From Owenia fusiformis (taxonomy: Eukaryota), in contig CAIIXF020000001.1 in NCBI GenBank assembly GCA_903813345.2, forward strand, positions 26,102,001 to 26,166,000: 64,000 nucleotides of DNA, read 5' to 3'. The notes below the pieces were generated by a model. It was not told the origin of the DNA, ran no database searches, and worked only from the letters and a program-made list of their open reading frames with translations. Below are positions 25,812 to 37,898 of this stretch, one piece after another. Made by a program: the position numbers and the translations under genes. How positions within the stretch are numbered: position 1 is the stretch's first letter; each line of letters starts with the position of its first letter.

Positions 25812-26271
25812 CAGTAAAATCTGTCTAATCCAAGGGACCAGCTCAGAGCGTTCGGATTAGGAGGTGTTCACATTTTGAGGTTTTGCATTTGCAAGATTTG
25901 GGTTTTTGAAGAAATAGAAACAAATTCTCAATAAATATTATAGTTCTTTTGACTACTTAGCTTTGGCATTAGAGTGACATAAAAATATGATTCAAATGAA
26001 TTTAGTCATCCTAGAAAGCCCCACCAACAGTGAGATCGTTCAAGTTTTTTTCAAATATTTGATCAATTTATGGAACATGTGATATTTTATGTGTTCAGAT
26101 TAGATAGGTTAATTTTCAAACATGACTGTTCACTGTCAAAATTGGGAGATGTTCATATTTCAAGTTTTTTAAACATTTGAGTCAATGGATGGGAGAAAAA
26201 ACGGGACCAAAAAATGTTCAAATTGGGAGGTGTTCGGATTAGCCAAGTGTTCAGATATACAGGTTTTACTG
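25812..26271. mobile_element. Tc1/mariner-type MITE
   Basis: TA-CAGTAAAA.CTG...CAGGTTTTACTG-TA. Confidence 0.65.
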
Positions 26272-26344
26272 TACTACAATTGTTTTCAATCTTTTGGAGG
26301 AAAGTGTACATCATTCCAGAGAAATGACAGATGCACTGTATATA

Positions 26345-28432
26345 CAGTGATCGCCTACTATTAAAAGTGCGTGATCAAAGACTCGACAAGATGCGCAAAA
26401 TTCAAATATTTTGTAACGGTTACTTTTAAAAGATTTATTTGTGTTTATATTACAGGCTACTGGTGATTCAATTAGGTTTTGTAGGCACAAGAACACCCAT
26501 ATGCTTTGAGAAATATATATTAGTTTGACCATTTTTCGTATATGTTATTGATTTTACAATTTAAAGATATAAATGCGATACAATATGTGTTATTTTATTT
26601 AAAAAGCTTGAAAATATCAAAAACAATAGAACATTTTTACTCTCTTTAATTTTTTATACTTAGGTAGGGTCTTGGACTTCCATTTGACCATGATGAAATT
26701 CACGTTTCCCCTTCAATAACATGGAATAAATATTTTAACACAGAAACGAATGGATCAGCCAATAGCGTGAGTTTCAGCAAACCATACACCCATATCTATA
26801 TGCTTTTCAAGAGAAGAAAATGGGGATCTCGCAAAATGTATGTCCAAACTGATTCAGTCAATTAAATGGTCACTGTGTGTGTGTTCATTTTGTTTTTCTG
26901 CCTAGATTTGAATACATTACCATTAAATGATATATACACTGAACCTCTAGAACCTGCTAAGTGAAACACCTCTTGAAGCGTAACACCTTACAAGTGGAAC
27001 CGTTTTTTAAGTTCCATTTTAGTCCATTTATTTTACGCCTCTGATCCCAAAGTATGAGAACTATACACCTTGGCATCCAAGATGATTGTCGAATTGTAAT
27101 GTAATTGTAATTGTAATAAAATCTGAATTGTACATTATCTATTTCATTGGGGAGTTAAATCATTCTTTTGCAGCAAGGTATCAATAAGTAATGTAATGAC
27201 GTAATAACCTTCAGTAGATGCCAGTAGTCAGTTCCCAGTTTCACCACGAGGTGGCTAACTTGGGTCATATATAAATGACAGGTATAAGGGAAAACTCCTC
27301 TTAGGTATTCAATATTCAGTAGATTTATTGATCAATTTTCAACTAAGGTCTATAAGTGATTAGCTTGAGAATTTTAGAATTGTATGTAATCGAATGCAAA
27401 ATAAACGACCAGTGAGCGTTTTTTAGAGAAACTCTACAAAATGTGAAATAAATACCATGCTATTATCTCTAATGACAGAGTTATGTGGATCGATATGGGA
27501 CCGAGTAAAAGTTCCAGTTTAGGCTTTGCTCAGAGGGGTATCATCTCAGATTAACTGGTGGACACTATTGGAGAATGAGAGTCTATTGTAATTTCAGAAT
27601 CATTTATTGTCATTTCATTACTAATTGATATTCTCGTTCTATTGCAATTTCATTGGTAATTTTATTTGATTTTGTAGCAGTTGTTGAATCAGAGATTCTG
27701 GATGATTTCATTCGATTATTGTCAATCACTGAAATTGTCATGAATTCATCACTTTCTACAAGTATGTGTTTATTTATTGATTTCACTTCATTTGGTATTA
27801 TTCCAGAGAAATTTCTTGTTATCATTCTAGATTTGCTCTATTTTCAGTAATCTTTCTCATCTTCATCTCTTCTTCTTCATGATGTTCTACAAGGTGGTTT
27901 ATAATGATTTGAAATTTAGGAGTTTGTAATGAATGACAGTAAAATCATGTAAACCCAACCACTCTGAAATGCAAAGAACATATCATTAGAATCCACATGG
28001 TAAAATCACCCACTTGGCTGATCATAAATTGTTTTCATAACATCCTTCTTACTCGATACTGAAGGGGAGTTGGAACGTCTGATATGCATGTAATGTTAAG
28101 TATTATGTATATTAACCATAAGCATGTTGGTTTTGTGGTTTTGGTAATCTAAAAACAGAAAATTTGGTGAAATATACATTTTCATTCGGCGGGTTTTTTG
28201 ATTTTGCTTCATTTATTAACTCAGTTCAGGTATTTCGGTTGAACCAATCACCGAATCCTGTTACCAAATGAATCTTGAGTCTCTTATACAGCATATGGAA
28301 TACCATCTGTAGGTAAAATGTCATTAAGGTGGTAAAGAAAAGAGAAACAAACATACCTTTCCTCCGACATTTCGAATTTTGCGCATCTTGTCGAGTCTTT
28401 GATCACGCACTTTTAATAGTAGGCGATCACTG
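26345..28432. mobile_element. TA-flanked ~60-bp inverted-repeat pair (Tc1/mariner-like non-autonomous element)
   Basis: CAGTGATCGCCTACTATTAAAAGTGCGTGATCAAAGACTCGACAAGATGCGCAAAATTC and its reverse complement. Confidence 0.7.
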
Positions 28433-30270
28433 TACATACAGTGAGGTGACACACTGTTATGGGAACTGGTCATATCAGATGTTCCCAAGCTTTTCGTCCA
28501 GAAGAGGTCACTTCCCAGGATTATAGATGAACCCTTGGCCAATCAATGATATAGTTTACATAAGAGAAGTATGACTGTATGAATTCTGGGATATTCCTGT
28601 TTTGTTGAGACAGGTGAGAATAAAATTAACCCTTTGCAAATTTGATCAATACTGCCTCCAATCATCCAATACTTGGCTCAGTTAAAATAGTTGATTTATA
28701 TTTGAATTCGATAATAACATTTAAAAATTAAATGTGTAGTAGTAATACTTTAGTACCTCTTATTAATTAATGTATAATATTACAACATACATAATGATGT
28801 AGGCAATTTGTTTCATAAAAATCTAAAAGTAAAATTCATAATTTAAATTTACCCTCTGTGAGCCCCAAAATTTTAGAAAATGCATTTTCTTGGTGATGTA
28901 TTTTCTAAACTACCTCTGAATTTAGATATTTCAAAATTTCTTTTCGGAAAAACATTCAAACTCAATGGATCCGCCATTTATACACCTCAGTGACCTCATT
29001 CGCAGAAAAATGGTGGCCATTTTAAAATGAAATTTCGTTTTGCGAAATTAAATGCTAAATACACTCGATTAAGACGGGGATATGAGCTGATTTTCTGCAA
29101 ATGTATGCATAAAGGTATGTTTCATATAATAATGACGAAACAACTGTGCGTGGTCACCATGCATTGGCAAATATTGAATACCACAGCTGCTGTAACAGTG
29201 GCTCAAAGCCAGATCATAGAGAAGGCTTTGGAACTAAGTAACCCATATAGATCTAGCCAATATATGGGGGTTGGTTTATATCCTTTCTTTGAGGTGCTTT
29301 AATGTCACCTAGGTGGTCTCTAGTGCTGGTTTTGTCTCTTGTACATTTAGTTTTGCGATTAGCTACTCTTGTGGTTTGTAGAGTCCTTTTTTGTTTTATA
29401 TAAAATCCTGTACAGGTTGGCTAAGATCATATTCATAACTGCGATTGTTATTCACATTGTCGTGCAGCCATTTCAAAAAAATATGAGACATCTCATATCA
29501 AATCATATCTCATTCGAAGCGTCTTGTTATTCTTTAACTTTCTTATCACTAACGAATCGTATACAAACAATTAGACAAAATAGTGATATATATTCAATAT
29601 TGGTGGAAGGCTGTCCAAATCTGAATGTGCTTCTGTGATCCGAGAAATGTGAAGTCAGCATTACAATTATATTTGAATACACAGGATCCCAGAACAAGAT
29701 TCGGTGTCTCATCTTGAGGAATATTTATTGAGCTTCTGATCCCTACTACAAAAGAATTTTGCTGGCATCTATGTTTCCATGTACGTTTTTACTGAAAATA
29801 CATGTCGCATTTCTAAATTGACTTTTTCCTAGAAATTCAAAATTTTGAACCTTAGTCTACAGCACATACAGGGAACAGATAGTACACTGACTGAAATTCT
29901 CTCTGTACCCAGTAGGTAAATTTTGTTCGGTGTACTAAAACTATCTGTTCCCAGGCCTATGGTCTACACAGCCCTAAAGGCTAGAGTTGGAGGAAATGTA
30001 AGTTGGTAGTCGACTTTTTGTGATTTTGATGTCATTTCTGCATTTCACAATCCACAATCGTGTGATTCATAATTGAAAATTAACATGTGACTCTATTGAG
30101 CGTTGCAACAAAATTCACCCTGACCTTTACACCAGATTCAAATTTGTCCCACTCACTTTCGATTTATATTTCTCACATGACAAAACAATAATCAAAATCA
30201 AAAAAGTAGGAGATATATCTAATTTGGTAAATTTTGTATCAGGATTTCCCATCACAAAAAATAATGACTG

Positions 30271-31581
30271 CAGACTTGCCAACCTAAAATGAAAAATTTG
30301 CGTGAGATTTTCAAAAAATTGCGGTACTTTTACATGAGAGTTCTCCAAAATACGGTAGTTTTTGCGGGAGATTTTTGAAAAAACTAGAGTTTTTTACGCG
30401 CGATTTTTGAAAAACTGGAGTTTTTAAGGGAGAGTAGTTTTTAAGTAAATTTTATAAAAAGTGGTAGTTTTTGCGGGAGATTTTTGAAAAAACGGAAGGT
30501 TTTGCGGAGGATTTTTTAAAATACAGGAGTTTTGCGGGAGATTTTTGAAAAACGGGTGTTTTTGTGGGAGATTTTAAAAACGGCGATTTTTATGGGAGAT
30601 TTTTGAAAAAAGGGAGTTTTTACGGGAGAGTTTTGATAAAACAGGAGTTTTCGTGGGAGAGTTTTGAAAAAACGGCAGTTTATGTGGGAGAGTTTTGAAA
30701 AAAACGGCAGTTTTTGCGGGATATGATTTTGAAAATAAACGGAAGTTTTTGTGGTAGACTTTTGACAAACGGTAGTTTTTGCGGGAGATTTTTGAAGAAA
30801 CTGTAGTTGTTGCGGAAGAAAAAATGGGAGGAGCAGATTTTATTATTCTAGAAGCTGATTAAACATGCGTAAAATGCATGGGGCGTGCTACCACTGATCA
30901 TATCAGACTAAATCATGCAAAGTATGCAAACTATAGACTCTAAAAAGTAGTTCTTATCATTTCCATCCCGTTTTGAACGATATCGCCGATTCATACATGA
31001 ATCTGTGACATTAAGGATGCAGTACAGGGTTAGCGTAGCTTACGTTCCAGATATTAGATTATGCTCATATTTTTCGCACTGTATCACAATGATGTTATCA
31101 TTAGCCAAGTGCAATATAAAGAGGACTGACCAGCTGGTTACTACAAGATAAATTATTTACATTGACGGAATTTTTGAAAAAGATTTCTATGCATTTTTCA
31201 TTTTCGGGTCACAGTTTCTTCATAAATATTGACTATGTCCAATAGAAACTTCATCTACCGACAGAAATATAAACCATCTATATTACGGATCCATAAAAAT
31301 GATAAATGGCATGCAAACAGTTAAAAATGTATAAACATATATAAAATGTGCAAACAGATAAGAAAATTGTTGAAAAAATGAAACGGTCCCCGAGTTTGCA
31401 AAATGTAACGCCCAATGCGGAAATCGAACCGAAGACCTTTCGTTCCCAAGAGAGATTTTAGTAGAAATACGGTACGGGAGTGTTTACGGGAGAAAACGGT
31501 ACAGGAGTTTTGTTATTTTTTACGGAAAAACAAAAAATTTACGGGAGATTCCCGTAAAAAAACGGGAGGTTGGCAAGTCTG
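30271..31581. mobile_element. hAT-like non-autonomous element with 5-bp TSD
   Basis: TIR CAGACTTGCCAACC / GGTTGGCAAGTCTG, GACTG duplicated on both sides; internal ~31-33-bp tandem repeat at 30340-30810. Confidence 0.8.
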
Positions 31582-31748
31582 GACTGCAAACTTACATTTC
31601 TGCTGAGAATAGATATATGAGACTGGCGCCAAATTTTGCTCCCCAACTTCTTACTTTCACTGTGCAGCTTGTGGATTGATTATATACATATCATCATAAA
31701 AATTTGTCTTTTTTATTTTGCAGTTAATAGCTTGACTCACCATTTATT

Positions 31749-34700
31749 ATGAATGAATGTGAGAATACAAACCAAAACAGTCCAGGTTTCTTGGTTCTGC
31801 AGGAAAATGGAAAGAAACAATTTGAGTGCAGGGAATGTAGGCGGACTTTTACAAATAAAAGAAACATTGAAATGCATCTACATTCAAGTCATGGCTATTG
31901 TAAGTTTCCATTTTTGAAGTTCAAAAAGTGGTTTTTGAAGGACTTTTTGTTGGAAAATTGTGAATTTGTTTAAAACTAACTTTTAGAGGCCACACGTATC
32001 AATCGCCCATATACAAATGCATGTAGCATTCTCACATAAATAGTCATCATAGTAGTCATATACTATCAGATACATGAAGATTGATCCACTAGAACTGATG
32101 AATATTCAAGTTCAAAAGAACCTTTTTCTATACTTGCTATGGTATCTGACCCGATGTAGCCACCTTGTGGTGAAATTGGTAACTACCTACTGGCATCTGG
32201 GTAATTAAAACTCGATGAATTTTATAATTTATTTTTGAATCCATTTCCCATTGTGGAGTTAACAAATATATTTTCTTACAGCTTCACCAGTGAAGAAGTA
32301 TAAATTGTACGAAAACAAACCAGGATTAAAAGAGAATGTACCAAGGAGTACCGTTTGGTATAGAGCAAATAGGAGTAAATTGGAGAAAGAGCAGGAAGGT
32401 AAATAATTTAGATTTATGTAACCTCATCTTTTAAGCTCACATGGGTCACGGGCTTATCTACCTTGATCCAATCTTATGTTACTATTGTTTTAGTATAGGA
32501 TTCCCTAATATATAAATATGCTTATTCGGCAAGTTTGAAAAGTGCAGCCCCTCTCTATAGGGAAAACCTCTGAACAAGGAAACTTTCCTCCAGTCTCAAG
32601 AGCATTCCCTGTTCGCAGGTTTTACTGTACATATAATTTAATTAAATTGTGCACTTTTCAGGTACAGATGATCAAGGGCCAGATGGAGAACGTCAAAATG
32701 ATCAGAAAGATTCACAGGATGACATCACCCCTGAGTATTCAGACAAGGCCTATACAATTTCTGAAAAAAGTGAAACCACTAGTATTGAACTTGAGAATTC
32801 TATTGCTATTTCATCACTCGTGGGTAATGGTACTGTAGTCCAATCTGTCACTCAATTATCAGATTACAATCATGGTGACAAGATTGATGAAAGTTCATCT
32901 GCAACTGACTATGTTAATGGTAGCGAGCCATATGGCAAACTTGATATTGACTCAGACTCAACATCTATGAACTCGCATTCAGAATTGGACTCTGACGGTT
33001 ATGAAAATATATTTTCTGACTCTGAATTTGATTCTTATAGTGATTCAAGCATATACAGTTGTTCATCTGATTCGGAGACTGAACGCACATCCTGTTCAGA
33101 AATTGAAAATGACTCACTTGATCTTGACAAAGATATAATTGGCAGTGATGTGTATTTAAAGATACTGTCATGTTTTATTCGCAATGAACTTTCAGCTACA
33201 GCTTGCAAAGATGTGTTACAAACATTTCAGAAACTAACTCCAGAATCTCAGGTTTGGAATCAAATATCATATGACAAGATATGGAGCATAGTGGATAATG
33301 TTACCAAGCAAATTCATTATTGCCCAGATTGTAGCAGGATATTTCCCGAGGATGACGTTGACTGTGTGGAATGTCCGTGTGGTGGTCTAAGATATATTGG
33401 TACAGCAGAGGAACAGAGAAAAGCTAATCGACAACCATGCAAAAAGTTTGTGTTTCTTGATCCAAAGAAATACATAAAGGACCTACTTGAGCTACCAGGT
33501 AAAGTATTATTGGAATGTTTCAGTTCAATTGAATAATTTGGCATTATTTTCTAAAATCCTACTTTTCAAGATGGCCACTGAATTTCAAAATGGCGGCCAT
33601 TTTCCCTTAAAAAAACGTAATCTTTGATAACTTAAATACCAGTGAACGGATTTGGTTCAAATTTTATATGATGATGCCTAGGGACAAAGTAGATCTGTTC
33701 GAGTAAGAATTTTCAAGATGGCAGCTGAATTTCAAAATGGCGGCCATTTTTCGTAAAAAAAATAATCTTTGATAACTCAAATACCAGTGAACGGATTTGG
33801 TTCAAATTTTATATGCTCATACCTAGGGACACAGTAGCTCTGTTCAAGAAAGAATTTTCAAAATGGCCACTGAATTTCCAAATGGCTGCCATTTTTATAA
33901 AAGAAAGTAATCTTTGATAACTCAATTGCTAATTGACGCACAAGACTGTGGGTCCTTTATTACATTGTCCTAATTATCTTTTACAGGAACTTATTTTATT
34001 TATCTTTTACAGGAATGTGGGATGGCCTACAGAAAAACAAAGGAGTCATACTCGAACGCTATGAAACTAGTGATGGGGTACTAAAAGATGTTACAGATGG
34101 TGAGGTCTACAGAAACCTAATAAAAACTGGATTTTTATCAAATCCTCACAATATTAGTGTCATGATGAATACAGATGGTGTTAACCTCTATAAATCAACA
34201 GGTGTTGAAATATGGCCGATTTTCCTATCAGTGACTGAACTCCCTCCTGCAGAGAGGTTTGCTCGTGAAAATATGATCCCAGCTAGTTTATGGCAAGGAA
34301 AGGGTAAGCCACCTTTCCAACAGTACATGGAAGTATTCTCATCGGAAATGAACAAACTATATACAGAGGGCATAGATATTCATGTAAATCAAGAAATGAT
34401 AAATGTGAAAGTAGTAGTCATTACATCACCAGCAGACCTACCAGCTAGGGCAAATATGATGAACATGACATATTATAACGGCCAGTATGCTTGCACAACT
34501 TGTGAAATACCAGGCAAAACTGAAGTACAAGGTGGTGGACACACTAAAGCATTTCCAGCCCAGCACACCTACAAATACAGAACAGACAAGGAGATTCGCG
34601 ATTGCATGACAAAAGGCCAAGAGAAAAAAAGAATCCTGGGTTTTAAAGGTAAATCTGGGCTCTATGATCTGAAAGGAGTGGACTTGAGCAAACTTTGCCC

Positions 34701-35763
34701 ACCCGACTACATGCACTGTGTCTGTATGGGTGTAATCCCAAAAATTAATAAAAGGTGGTTTTCTTCTGAAAACAGCAATGAAAGTTACCATGTTGGTAAA
34801 GAAATAAAAGAAATTTCAAGAAGAATGCAGTATATTAAGCCACCAAACATGATAGAAAGGTTACCACGAAACCTGGAGAAACATTATTTACACTTCAAGG
34901 CAACTGAAAATCAAACATGGATGCTTTTTTATGCAGTACCTTGCCTCGAAGGAATCCTCCCTAAGAAATACTTGGACCATTTCAAAAAACTCTCTGAAGG
35001 CATACACATTTTGCTTGGTGACAGTATAACTACAGAACAAATTAACAGAGCAGAACTTCTCCTCAAAGAATTCTACGTTGAATACCCCAAGCTATATCCC
35101 CCTGGAGACTGTACATTGAACTTGCACTACATTGGAGCCCATTTCGGATATTGGGTCCAACAATTGGGACCATTGTGGAATTGGAGCTGCTTTCCCTATG
35201 AAGATTCAAATGCACATATATTAAAAATGTGCCATGGAACAGGGGATGTAACAACACAGATAATGAGGCAAAAAACAGCTGAGATTAAAATAAGGACACA
35301 AAATCAACCAGTCAAAATCAAAGAGTTGAATACAACTGAGGAAAAACTTAAAATACATGGTAAAACAAGGCCATTATCTGATTCTGATCATGATCTGGAC
35401 TCTGTGCCTCAGAACTGTACATCAGTGGCTTCACGAATCTCCATAAATGGAGAGATGTTCTACTCTGATGAGTATGCACGCATGAAGAGGAGAATTTGTA
35501 ACTGTGTGGAATTAAAAAATGGAAAACGTGGTTTCATTAAGAGGTTTGTTACTGATGGCAAAGAAACACATTTTGCAGTAATTGATATGCTCAGAGTGCA
35601 GAGAGGTTCAACTTATGCAAATAAAGCAAAACCTTCAGGGAAAACAGAGCTGTATCACATAAGTGAGCTAAAGAGAAAACTTGTTTTAGTTCAGTGTGGA
35701 GAAAATATGCAAATGTATGTTCTAGCAATGCCTAATGGCATTGGACGCTCCGTTTTCAAATAA
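31749..35763 (+). CDS. CACTA/EnSpm transposase (951 aa). Exons: 31749-31899, 32282-32398, 32662-33498, 34013-35763
   Basis: All introns phase 1 and GT-AG, with no stops. N-terminal C2H2 finger, acidic tract, HYCPDC..CPC motif, then Transposase_21-like motifs (DVTDGEVY, NTDG, WPIF, DLPARA, NG.YAC..C, DYMH, FKATE, GPLW..SCFPYE). Confidence 0.93.
33565..33930 (+). repeat. ~150-bp tandem repeat (about 2.5 units) in transposase intron
   Basis: Recurring caagatggccactgaatttcaaaatggcggccatttt. Confidence 0.75.
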
Positions 35764-36379
35764 AGCATCTGTTCGGGCGATAACTGAAATATTTTCCATT
35801 GTGTTCCTTACACCATATTGAACATAATATTCACATGAAATTGACTTTTATAAAGTTCTTATGCATTGACAATAATCATAATTCTTGAATATTAGAATAT
35901 TTGTAGAATATTTTCCAGGACTTAGATATTTCACTTTATTCTGAAAAAGCTCTGCAAGTGTTGCCAGGATGAATATATATTGAATATTAAATACACAGTA
36001 AAATAATTTGTATCTTTAATACAAAATAATGTTTTATTTTGAATAAATTCTGTAAGTGTTCTTAAACCTAGTACATAGCGTTCTTGAACCTAGGTAAATA
36101 ACAATTTTATGTAATAAAACATACTATAACATACTAGTATGTTGCTGTTGGATTCAAATACAATTTCTTACAATATACTTAAATACTTTTTGAACTATAA
36201 TTCAGAATTCCTGTTATTCTGAAGATAATTCTTGAATTTATATATATATATATAATAATAATATGTATAAAAGTCAAAATTCTTAGTGTACATACTAAAT
36301 ATAATAAAATAATTTGAAATAAAAGCAGAGAAATTCTTCCTACATGTTTCTTTATTTAAACATCTTTCTTGAAGATTTT

Positions 36380-37550
36380 TAAATAAAGAAACATGTAGGA
36401 AACATGTGGTGAAAAAGTGAAGAATATCTGAGAACATATTTTTTAGTTCTTCATTATTATTCAAATATCCTTCAAAGAAGTAGGTGAAAATAAGAAGAAT
36501 TTCCAAGATTACCAATAATTCAAAATGTTCTTTGTTATTCTTAAGATATTCTTCAAATAAGCTGGTGAAAAATTGAAGAATATCTAAGAACACATAAGTT
36601 CGTCATTATTATTCAAATATCCTTTAAATAACATGGTGAAAATATGAAGGATTTCCAAGATTACCAGTAGTACAAAATGTTCTTTATTATTCAACAAATA
36701 TTCTTCAAATAAGGTGGTGAAAAATTAAAGAATATCTAAGAACATAGAAGTTCTTCACTATTATTCAAATATCCTTTAAACAAGGTGGTGAAAATATGAA
36801 GAATTTTCAGGATATCGAACAATACAAAATGTTCTTTATTATTCTTCAGATATTCTTCAAATGAGGTGGTGAAAATGTGAAGAATATCTGAGAACATTGT
36901 AGTTCCTCATTATTATTCAAATATCCTTCAAACAAGTTAATGAAAATATAAAGAATCTCCAAGAATACCATAACTACAAAATGTTCTTCATAATTCTTCA
37001 AATATTCTTCAAATGAGGTAATGAAAAATTGAAGAATATCTAAGAACATAGAAGTTCTTCACTATTATTCAAATATCCTTTAAACAAGGTGGTGAAAATA
37101 TGAAGAATTTTCAGGATATCCAACAATACAAAATATTCTTTATTATTCTTCGAATATCCTTCAAATGAAGTGGTGAAAAAATGAAGAATATCTGAGAATA
37201 TTTTAGTTATTCATTATTATTCTCTCATTCCTTAAACAACATGGTGAAAATATGAAGAATTTCCAAGATTTCAAGAAATAGAAAATGTTATTCATTATTA
37301 TTCAAATATTCTTCATTCAGGGTGGTGAAAATATGAAGTATTTTGAAGAACATGAAACATTCTTTATTTTTCTTCAATTATTCACCATAGAATTTGAAGA
37401 ATATTCAAGAACATAAATTATTCTTTATTATTCTTCAAAAATACAAGAATATGGTTAAATCTTTATTCTTCACAATTTATCTCGATATTACAATATTCAT
37501 CACACCTGAATATTCATGAATAATTCATGAATATTCATATCACAAGAATA
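36380..37550. repeat. Right subterminal repeats of the CACTA element
   Basis: Recurring ggtggtgaaaa..tgaagaat...ttattattcaaatat units. Confidence 0.85.
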
Positions 37551-37898
37551 TCATTTCGCCGGGGTGAGTAAGTGAGTTCATTTTTCAAGTACACAAAGGA
37601 GGAGGGAAATTAGCGCAACAGATTTTGGACAGTCATATGTTGGATTCTGGCCATTTTCTGAGGATTTAAACAATAACATACGTTAGGCCAATGCATCACC
37701 TCCAGGAAAATCACTTCTATAGATGATAAAATAATTTCAACTTTGAGACAGGGTAGATGCAAACAACCCACCCAAATGTTTTTTCTGAAATGTTTTCCTG
37801 ATTTTCGACCCCTTCCATCCCTGCTTTTTGGCTCACACAGTGAGCCTATGGGATTGACCAGGCGTCCGTCCGTTGGTCCATCCGTCCGTTGGTCCGTC

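Larger units (their letters stand above)
18971..37564 (+). mobile_element. Full-length CACTA/EnSpm (CMC) DNA transposon, 18.6 kb
   Basis: TIR CCCCGGCGAAA / TTTCGCCGGGG, 2-bp TSD (TG), long subterminal TCTTCA/GAATAA-rich repeats at both ends, transposase and BEN-domain gene inside. Confidence 0.92.

Noticed and set aside
36195-37049. Hydrophobic ORFs on the minus strand
   Set aside because: Translations of CACTA subterminal repeats.
37873-37898. ORF-track start of the RT (MVHPSVGPS)
   Set aside because: It lies in the flanking microsatellite/TSD; the element is 5'-truncated at about 37899.
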